A stretch of 42,604 nucleotides of DNA, taken from contig CAYGIR010000001.1 in NCBI GenBank assembly GCA_964349985.1, forward strand, positions 1-42,604, written 5' to 3'. Below, piece by piece: positions 36,611 through 42,604 of the stretch. Position 1 is the first letter of the stretch; the number at the start of each line of letters is the position of its first letter. Both the position numbers and the translations under genes were made by a program. Origin of the DNA: an uncultured Candidatus Saccharibacteria bacterium (GTDB lineage Bacteria > Patescibacteriota > Saccharimonadia > Saccharimonadales > CAYGIR01). The notes below the pieces were generated by a model. The model was not told where the DNA came from, made no database searches, and saw only the letters and a program-made list of their open reading frames with translations.

Positions 36611-38064
36611 AATTGTGGCTTTTCAGACTTTTCTTTTCTAGGAAACAGTGTTCCAGAAGCAGGACGTATAATACCCTCTTTAAATATTTGGTGTATCTTT
36701 TTGGCAGTTTCGGGCATAAAAGGCACTAGCATGTCGGCGATTTCCAGCAAACAGCCAACTTGATATGCCAAAACTTCGCGCAGGTGATCGGCATCCCCCG
36801 TTTTGTTAATAACCCAGGGCTTTTCCTCGTCAATATACTGATTTAGGCCACGAACCTGCTCCCAAACCGCATCAAGTGCTCTATCAAAACGACATTCTCC
36901 CAAAGCATCAAAATACCCTGCTTGATCATGTTCGGGCTCAGGAATCGTACCAATTATTCCATTTTGATACTGTGTAATCATGGCAGCCGTCCGCTGGACC
37001 GCGTTACCAAGTTCATTCCCAAGTTCGTTGTTGTACGCGGCATGCATTCGATCCCAGCCAAACTCTCCATCTTCGTATGATGGAATGTGTCGAAGCAAGA
37101 AATACCGAAATGCATCTGTACCATATTCAGCTATAACCACTGATGGCAAAACCGAATTGCCCAAACTTTTGCTCATTTTGACACCGCCCTCAGCATTAAT
37201 AAATCCATGCACGTAAAGTGTTTTTGCCAGCGGCAAATCCAGAGCCAACAACATTCCTGGCCAAATCGCGGCGTGAAATCTCAAAATGTCTTTACCAATT
37301 ACCTGAACATCTGCCGGCCAATATTTTTTGAAATCTTCGTGTTCAGGATAACCGAGCACCGTTATATAGTTCATTAACGCCTCAAACCAAACGTACATGA
37401 CCTGCGTGGCGTCTCCGGGTACGGCAACACCCCAAGAAATCTTATCCTTTGGACGTGAAATGCTAACATCCTCCAGACCATCCTTGAACACCTGTAATAT
37501 CTCGTTTCTGCGAGTTCTGGGTATGATTCTAAACTCTTCGTTCTCTATAGCCTCCTGAATCTTGGTAGCATACGCGCTCAGCCTAAAGAAATAATTTTCT
37601 TCTTCGATTTTTTCATATTTTCGATTGTGATTTGGACAAATACCATTGTTGGCTTTTACGATGGCATCAGTAAAAAACGCCTCATCACCTGTGCAATACC
37701 AACCGGTATATTTAGCCTTGTATATATCTTTTGCTAAGGCATTCCAAATCAACTGCGCACGCTGTTCGTGACCAGAATCGGTGGTACGGATAAACCTATC
37801 GTTGCTGATATTAAGTGCTTTGGCAAGCTCCCGAAAGTTTTGACTCATTTTATCGGCAAATTCTTTTGGCGTAATACCCGCTTCTTCGGCTTTTTCGGCG
37901 ATTTTGCCACCATGTTCATCGGTGCCGATACTAAAAAGCACGGATTCATTCTGAGCCCTAGCGGCCCGCGCCAAAACATCAGCCATTATAAATTCCAAAG
38001 CGTGTCCCAGATGTGGCTCACCATTTACGTACGGTATCGACGTCGTTACAAAGTAGTTCCCCAT
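36607..38064 (-). CDS. metG: Methionine--tRNA ligase (short form without the C-terminal tRNA-binding domain)
   Basis: HIGH motif PHLGHALE, KMSKS motif KMSKSLGN, and a typical MetRS connective-peptide region and anticodon-binding helices. Confidence 0.95.
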   Translation of the reverse strand: MGNYFVTTSIPYVNGEPHLGHALEFIMADVLARAARAQNESVLFSIGTDEHGGKIAEKAEEAGITPKEFADKMSQNFRELAKALNISNDRFIRTTDSGHEQRAQLIWNALAKDIYKAKYTGWYCTGDEAFFTDAIVKANNGICPNHNRKYEKIEEENYFFRLSAYATKIQEAIENEEFRIIPRTRRNEILQVFKDGLEDVSISRPKDKISWGVAVPGDATQVMYVWFEALMNYITVLGYPEHEDFKKYWPADVQVIGKDILRFHAAIWPGMLLALDLPLAKTLYVHGFINAEGGVKMSKSLGNSVLPSVVIAEYGTDAFRYFLLRHIPSYEDGEFGWDRMHAAYNNELGNELGNAVQRTAAMITQYQNGIIGTIPEPEHDQAGYFDALGECRFDRALDAVWEQVRGLNQYIDEEKPWVINKTGDADHLREVLAYQVGCLLEIADMLVPFMPETAKKIHQIFKEGIIRPASGTLFPRKEKSEKPQL

Positions 38065-38073
38065 TGTCTTAGT

Positions 38074-38979
38074 TTACCCGTTTACAGATTCAAGACCAAA
38101 TGATGCTGATATCAACACCTCGTCGCCTATGCTCAATCCAAACTCGTCAGCCGCTCGACCCTTCTGCTTAACTACCTCCAGAAACCGTTTATCACCATAG
38201 CCTGAGCTACCGATGGTCAGCCCGAATTCACTCGTCGGTACATCTGTCAGGCGTTCATAACAAGTCACTTCTTGATTGTTTATTATTACCTTTTTACCTG
38301 CCTCGAAATCAACATCACCAGACAGCAAAGTTGTCTTAACATTACCAAAACTGTCGACAAACCAAACTTGCGCACCCACATTCTGCGGTCCCACCAATTC
38401 AATTTGCTCGGCAGGAATGAACCTGCCACCAAGTAGCTCGCGGGCCACAAGTGGCAGAAACTCCAAACTCCTAAATTGCGTATTATTAATATTTTCGGCT
38501 TCCCGTGCTGACAATATATCCTCAGCGGTCAAGTGACGAGTTACCTGTGGAACATCCAGCAAGTTTACAATACTTACCATCCCAAGCTTATGCGCTAATG
38601 ACAAGGCTCGCCCTTCGTACGGAGCCAGCACGGTAGCGATATCATAATGAAAATAACAAAATGGGGTGCCGTTTTCCCATTTACTCCGAATATCATCGCC
38701 TCGGGGTGCTACATTTACCAACACGGCTATTGGCGTACTCGGATACGCTACGGGCGTGCTGACAGCGTCAAGCACATCTACGAGTTGTCCCGCCGCCTCA
38801 AGATCAGGATTATCCGGACCCAGACCAATAAATTCAGGCCTAACGCCAAATAAACTTCCAAATCTGAGTTGCTGACGCGTACGAGCGTTCTGATCACCGC
38901 AATCCGTAATAATTACGCCCTGTGAACCTTCCAGCAGCGCAGAGGCTTTAGTCCCTAAGTCTATTGTTTCATGTGTCAT
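38074..38979 (-). CDS. DUF62-like protein (SAM hydroxide adenosyltransferase / SAM-cleaving family)
   Basis: N-terminal VIITDCGDQN (compare TDFG) and C-terminal WFVDSFGNVKTTL (compare vD.FGN..Tn). The size fits. Assignment is by motif only. Confidence 0.5.
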   Translation of the reverse strand: MTHETIDLGTKASALLEGSQGVIITDCGDQNARTRQQLRFGSLFGVRPEFIGLGPDNPDLEAAGQLVDVLDAVSTPVAYPSTPIAVLVNVAPRGDDIRSKWENGTPFCYFHYDIATVLAPYEGRALSLAHKLGMVSIVNLLDVPQVTRHLTAEDILSAREAENINNTQFRSLEFLPLVARELLGGRFIPAEQIELVGPQNVGAQVWFVDSFGNVKTTLLSGDVDFEAGKKVIINNQEVTCYERLTDVPTSEFGLTIGSSGYGDKRFLEVVKQKGRAADEFGLSIGDEVLISASFGLESVNG

Positions 38980-39011
38980 AATTGTTCATTCACTCCTTAA
39001 ATTATATGTAC

Positions 39012-39040
39012 AAAAAAACAAAAACCGGCCCCTGGGCCGG
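39012..39040 (-). terminator. Intrinsic terminator or attenuator in the leader of the DUF62-metG operon
   Basis: The minus strand reads CCGGCC-CAGG-GGCCGG (6-bp GC stem, tetraloop) followed by TTTTTGTTTTTTT. It lies 33 nt upstream of the DUF62 ATG. Confidence 0.75.
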
Positions 39041-39061
39041 TAGATTTGAGATGTACTATTA

Positions 39062-39103
39062 TTAGAATAAAACTGGCCCAGGGCAAAGCATGGACATCAT
39101 CAT
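39062..39103 (-). promoter_or_regulatory. Candidate 13-codon Met-rich leader peptide ORF (MMMSMLCPGPVLF)
   Basis: The minus strand reads ATG ATG ATG TCC ATG CTT TGC CCT GGG CCA GTT TTA TTC TAA. Codons 7-10 contain CCCUGGGCC, the exact complement of GGCCCAGGG in the terminator 5' arm and loop. Confidence 0.4.
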
Positions 39104-39136
39104 TACGGTAAATTCACTACCCTTGATCACACATCG

Positions 39137-39165
39137 ATAGTAAATGAGTACCACCAATCTGTCAA
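39137..39165 (-). promoter_or_regulatory. Strong sigma70-type promoter for the leader and DUF62-metG operon
   Basis: The minus strand reads TTGACA-17 nt-TACTAT. It sits downstream of the small 39205-39366 ORF and ~100 nt upstream of the terminator. Confidence 0.6.
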
Positions 39166-39204
39166 CTTATCATAGAACGAAACTCGTGCATAGATAAAAC
39201 CAGT

Positions 39205-39366
39205 TCACGCACTCGCGAGATGCCACATACTGCAATGCCTGCATTTATACACCCTGAGTTTAGTGCCTCGCTGCCAGTCTACAGTAACGGCCGCCCCTTC
39301 TGCCTGAACTTTTGAATCATAAGTTATTTTATCCGAGCAGGGTAAGGCAGTTGCTTCTGTGGTCAT
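39205..39366 (-). CDS. Small Cys-containing (zinc-ribbon-like) hypothetical protein
   Basis: MTTEATALPCSDKITYDS...LRVYKCRHCSMWHLASA. The start is taken at MTT (39366) to avoid overlap with the trehalase stop. Confidence 0.4.
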   Translation of the reverse strand: MTTEATALPCSDKITYDSKVQAEGAAVTVDWQRGTKLRVYKCRHCSMWHLASA

Positions 39367-39371
39367 ATTAT

Positions 39372-40640
39372 CTACCGTTTTGAATCTATAAATTCTTGGC
39401 AAAAGTATTCAAAAACGGCATTCGTCCAACCAAAACCGGTTTGTGAAGGATATAAGCCCTTGTTGGGGGGCTTGTCTGGAGAAACAACATTATATTTTTC
39501 CAAAAACACACCGTGATTATTGTACCAATCTAGGTTTGTCTTGAGCCATTTCATAGCGATACGCTCCGCGTCTTCTCGATAGCCATAATTAAGCAGACCT
39601 TTGATAATCAAAAAATGCAGTGGTGCCCAACCATTAGGATGTGCCCACTGAGTCGGAGTCATGCCCGGCATAAACTGGCTCAACGGCTGTACGTCCGTTG
39701 CTGCAAGCCCACCACGATTCTCAAACCTACGCAACGCCTTGATCATTTGTGTGGCTTGTCGCTTATCGACCATTCCCGCCCATAAGGGGTAAAATCCAGC
39801 TAGTGAACTTACCGTTCCGCGTTTTTCTTTGGAATAATTATAATCATAATACTGACCACGCAAATTGTTCCACATCAATTCATTGACAGTTGTTTTACGA
39901 TGTTCCGCGGCAACTTCCCATTTGGCGGCTCCTCTCAGATCATTAATATGTCTGTAGAACTTAGCTAAATCAACCTCATACTTATATAGCAACGCATTCA
40001 AGTCAATTGGTACAAAACTCAAGGCCTTGCGGCCAAATCGTGGTGTCATATCCCATCCGCTCTCTGTCTCGGCCAGATCATTCAATAAATTAATATCGTA
40101 ATATCGTGATAAACCCCTATAAACTTGGCGGGCATTTGGCTTAGTCGTACCCATCCAAACCGTGTGGTATTCTGCTTCAGCAACAGCCATATTATTCCTA
40201 AGCCACTTGTCATTCAAATCATAAGTATTGTACAAATCCCAGATAAAGCTCGTCAGAAAGGGTGGCTGAGAACGTCCCGTTAAATAGGTGCGTGACGCGT
40301 TCGGTATGACATTCAAGCGTCTGTACAGAGCGGTCAGATTTTCTAAAATACCAAGCACTAAATCTTTGTGCTGTTCATCGAGCAAACCTTGCGCAATGAA
40401 ATAACTATCCCAATAATACAGCTCATTGAAATCAAACTCATGCCCCTCCTCATAGGCGGGCACCAAATAGGGTTTAGGTAGCCCCAACAAACTCTCGTCA
40501 TCTTTGGGGTGAAATCGCTTTAATTTATCCCAATATTTGGCGATATACTCCCTAGCAGGTGCGACATCTTGAGCACTCAAACTAACCCTGCCGGGCCAAA
40601 ATCTATTAGCAAAATCTCTTGTTGTTTGTAGCATACTCAT
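39372..40640 (-). CDS. Alpha,alpha-trehalase (glycoside hydrolase family 37-like)
   Basis: Contains YYWDSYF, RSQPPFL, ESGWDMTPRF, WAHPNGWAPLHF and GFGWTNAVF signatures. Confidence 0.85.
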   Translation of the reverse strand: MSMLQTTRDFANRFWPGRVSLSAQDVAPAREYIAKYWDKLKRFHPKDDESLLGLPKPYLVPAYEEGHEFDFNELYYWDSYFIAQGLLDEQHKDLVLGILENLTALYRRLNVIPNASRTYLTGRSQPPFLTSFIWDLYNTYDLNDKWLRNNMAVAEAEYHTVWMGTTKPNARQVYRGLSRYYDINLLNDLAETESGWDMTPRFGRKALSFVPIDLNALLYKYEVDLAKFYRHINDLRGAAKWEVAAEHRKTTVNELMWNNLRGQYYDYNYSKEKRGTVSSLAGFYPLWAGMVDKRQATQMIKALRRFENRGGLAATDVQPLSQFMPGMTPTQWAHPNGWAPLHFLIIKGLLNYGYREDAERIAMKWLKTNLDWYNNHGVFLEKYNVVSPDKPPNKGLYPSQTGFGWTNAVFEYFCQEFIDSKR

Positions 40641-40679
40641 AGCCTAGGCGAGTAAGCCATCTTGGTCAATAGGAGAGGT

Positions 40680-41879
40680 CTAGTGTGCAACAAATGTCAA
40701 AGCATAGCCAATACGACCGGCTCTACCAGTTCGACCAATACGGTGTACATAATCTTCATACGATTGTGGCAACGAAAAATTAACAACATGCGTAATATCC
40801 ACCACATCAATACCACGGGCAGCAACATCAGTAGCTACCAAAATATTCACCTGATTGGTCTTGAATCTCTGGAGTGCCCGCTGCCGCTGGCTTTGTGATT
40901 TACCACCATGTATAGCATCAGCCGAAAAACCACGCTCAACCAGTTCATGGCTCAATCGTTCGACTTTACGTTGAGTGTCATCAAAGACAATGATTTTCTC
41001 TACATCAGCTTGTAGTAAAAGGTCGTGGAGCTTATCAAGCTTATCGTGAGGAGTGGCGTATTTGACAACATCCTGGTGAACGCTCTCGGTTGTATCACCT
41101 GTTTTAACAGAAATAGTAATTGGCTCATGCGCAAAGGTTTGGATCAAGCCATTAACTTTTGCCTCTAGGGTCGCGGAGAAAAAGAACGATTGCCTATTGG
41201 TATTAAGCTGGCTCAAAATATACCGCACATCGTTGATGAAGCCCATATCGAGCATACGATCAACTTCATCAAGAACAACGGTATTGAATCCATTGAGTCG
41301 TAAACTACCGCGCTCAATGTGATCCTTTATACGTCCCGGAGTCCCGATAACAACACGTGGATTTTCACGTAGATCACGTAGTTGAATCCCCATATTTGAC
41401 CCACCTATAAGCAAAGCTCCTAGCAATCCGCTACCTTTGCCCAATGATTTAAACTCGTCTTGGATTTGTTCAGCCAATTCACGTGTTGGTGCGACCACCA
41501 AAGCACGGGCAGTTTTGTCCAGAATGAGTTTAGTGAGAATCGGTAATGCGAACGCAGCCGTTTTGCCAGTACCCGTATTTGCAATACCTATGATATCTTT
41601 GCCTAATAACGCCTGAGGGATAGTTTGGTCTTGAATTGGTGAGGGCTTAACATAGCCTTTGGCACTCAAGTTCTGCTTGAGTATGGGCGCAATTGTAAAA
41701 TCATTAAACTGATGAGTCGGGGTATACTCCTCTTGCTCAACCCCCTTAGCAACCTTTACAAAACGAGTCGGGTCAATATATTGCCCCCGGCGATTAGTAG
41801 ACCGTGGCGTACGACTTTGTCTACGATCTCTAGATTGAGGACCAGGTCGACGACTACCGCGAAATGAATATGTGGACAT
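40680..41879 (-). CDS. DEAD-box ATP-dependent RNA helicase with an Arg-rich N-terminal extension
   Basis: Q-motif region FNDF...PSPIQ, motif I ANTGTGKT, motif II DEVD, motif III SAT, and motif VI HRIGRTGRAG. Confidence 0.9.
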   Translation of the reverse strand: MSTYSFRGSRRPGPQSRDRRQSRTPRSTNRRGQYIDPTRFVKVAKGVEQEEYTPTHQFNDFTIAPILKQNLSAKGYVKPSPIQDQTIPQALLGKDIIGIANTGTGKTAAFALPILTKLILDKTARALVVAPTRELAEQIQDEFKSLGKGSGLLGALLIGGSNMGIQLRDLRENPRVVIGTPGRIKDHIERGSLRLNGFNTVVLDEVDRMLDMGFINDVRYILSQLNTNRQSFFFSATLEAKVNGLIQTFAHEPITISVKTGDTTESVHQDVVKYATPHDKLDKLHDLLLQADVEKIIVFDDTQRKVERLSHELVERGFSADAIHGGKSQSQRQRALQRFKTNQVNILVATDVAARGIDVVDITHVVNFSLPQSYEDYVHRIGRTGRAGRIGYALTFVAH

Positions 41880-42087
41880 AAAAAAAGAATCCTTTGTTTA
41901 ATTAGTTATTACTTCGATTGCCGAAATGAAATCGAGTAATCTACTAACAAACCCGGATTCATCTAAAACAATTAAATCTATATTAGCATAATAATTTTCT
42001 ACCGTCAACCAAAAATTAAATTCGTGTTCCGAATTTGGAGATTAACACTTTTAGGAGCATACTATTGTTTAGATGAAGGGAGACATT

Positions 42088-42150
42088 ATGTCTAAAGACA
42101 AGGGTCGCAAAGAAGTCAAAAAACCTAAAAAGCCAAAGGCGCAATTATGA
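42088..42150 (+). CDS. Candidate 20-aa Lys-rich micropeptide (MSKDKGRKEVKKPKKPKAQL)
   Basis: AAGGGAG lies 6 nt upstream of the ATG. Its TGA overlaps the next ORF's ATG (ATGA at 42147-42150). Confidence 0.3.
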   Translation: MSKDKGRKEVKKPKKPKAQL

Positions 42151-42368
42151 TTACAATGGAAGAACCGGATATTTTAACAGCCTTACAGTCGATGGAAACC
42201 GACAGCACGTTAGTCACCAAATCAGCCTATCGTGCCAATGGAGAACTTTGGCCCGGCAACCGCATTTCATTTGTAGATTCTCACCTGGCATATCTAAAAA
42301 GCCATCCAGCCGTAAACCCCAGCCATTATTTATCAAACCTCCGCCTCATGCTCCGCAAAAAACCCTAG
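42147..42368 (+). CDS. Hypothetical 73-aa protein
   Basis: The ORF is translationally coupled to the micropeptide. No family recognised. Confidence 0.4.
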   Translation: MITMEEPDILTALQSMETDSTLVTKSAYRANGELWPGNRISFVDSHLAYLKSHPAVNPSHYLSNLRLMLRKKP

Positions 42369-42385
42369 TCCATCTCTCCGCGCAC

Positions 42386-42604
42386 ATGGACTGGAACACC
42401 AAAACTATACGTACCTATGACAAGTCCGCAGAAGCACTTGCTACGTATTTTGGCGGTATTGGTGCCAGAATTGCCGATATTGAGCGAGGGCTTGGGCTTG
42501 CCGGAAGTGGTAAAAATAGTCGAGTGATAGAAATTGGTTGTGGCGATGGTGTCAAGCTACCACTTTCTCGGACACTCGTTCTAAACCCAGCGGAGCTGGG
42601 GTGA
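42386..42604 (+). CDS. Class I SAM-dependent methyltransferase N-terminal fragment, ending abnormally early
   Basis: MDWNTKTIRTYDKSAEALATYFGG...SRVIEIGCGDG contains motif I. The frame then runs VKLPLSRTLVLNPAELG and stops at the last 3 nt of the window, only ~72 codons in. Confidence 0.45.
   Translation: MDWNTKTIRTYDKSAEALATYFGGIGARIADIERGLGLAGSGKNSRVIEIGCGDGVKLPLSRTLVLNPAELG

Noticed and set aside
39001-39130. The leader of the DUF62-metG operon considered as a T-box or a SAM riboswitch.
   Set aside because: - It is too short (~150 nt) for a T-box and lacks the T-box sequence (AGGGUGGUACCGCG-like).
- It lacks the Stem I features of a T-box.
- It lacks the SAM-I cores (GGAGGGA...GCAACC...AGAUGAG).
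- The leader-peptide attenuator explanation fits better, but a novel aptamer cannot be excluded without a covariance-model scan.
41908-41938. The bulged hairpin TTACTTCGATT-N10-AATCGAGTAA in the DEAD-box helicase leader.
   Set aside because: It is a single AT-rich imperfect stem in an AT-rich spacer, with no repeat elsewhere and no flanking signal. That is insufficient evidence to call a regulatory element.

Overview
The window is a gene-dense, almost entirely minus-strand stretch of a small bacterial genome under the standard genetic code. Compact genes, a truncated AlaRS, a LysM-CHAP hydrolase and many secreted proteins suggest a Saccharibacteria/CPR-like organism, but that is inference only.

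Contents, in window order:
- uvrA 5' end, open at the window edge and absent from the ORF track.
- Two PNPOx-like genes.
- A metal-resistance cassette: CsoR-family repressor with its operator, DUF305, DUF2933-like, CDF and a CPH-type P1B ATPase.
- Housekeeping genes sbcB, obg, LysM/CHAP hydrolase, mltG, ruvX, ftsA-like, alaS and mnmA.
- A six-gene cluster of secreted or membrane-anchored beta-rich proteins (19.4-25.6 kb), plus a divergent lectin-like stalk protein.
- A seven-gene F1-like ATPase operon (26.8-32.9 kb).
- Cysteine desulfurase, tatD, IMPase, metG, a DUF62-like gene, trehalase and a DEAD-box helicase.

The most interesting candidates:
1. The ATPase operon has alpha/beta/gamma/epsilon/delta/b-like genes but no a subunit and no ion-binding c subunit. 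That slot holds a signal-peptide protein ending in a c-subunit-like hairpin without the carboxylate.
2. The adjacent surface-protein cluster resembles Gram-positive Csc/WxL clusters.
3. A promoter, a Met-rich leader peptide (MMMSM...) and a terminator/antiterminator lie ahead of the DUF62-metG operon.
4. A ~165 nt element bounded by inverted repeats shares an 11-mer with that promoter region.

No tRNA, rRNA, CRISPR array or transposase was recognised.
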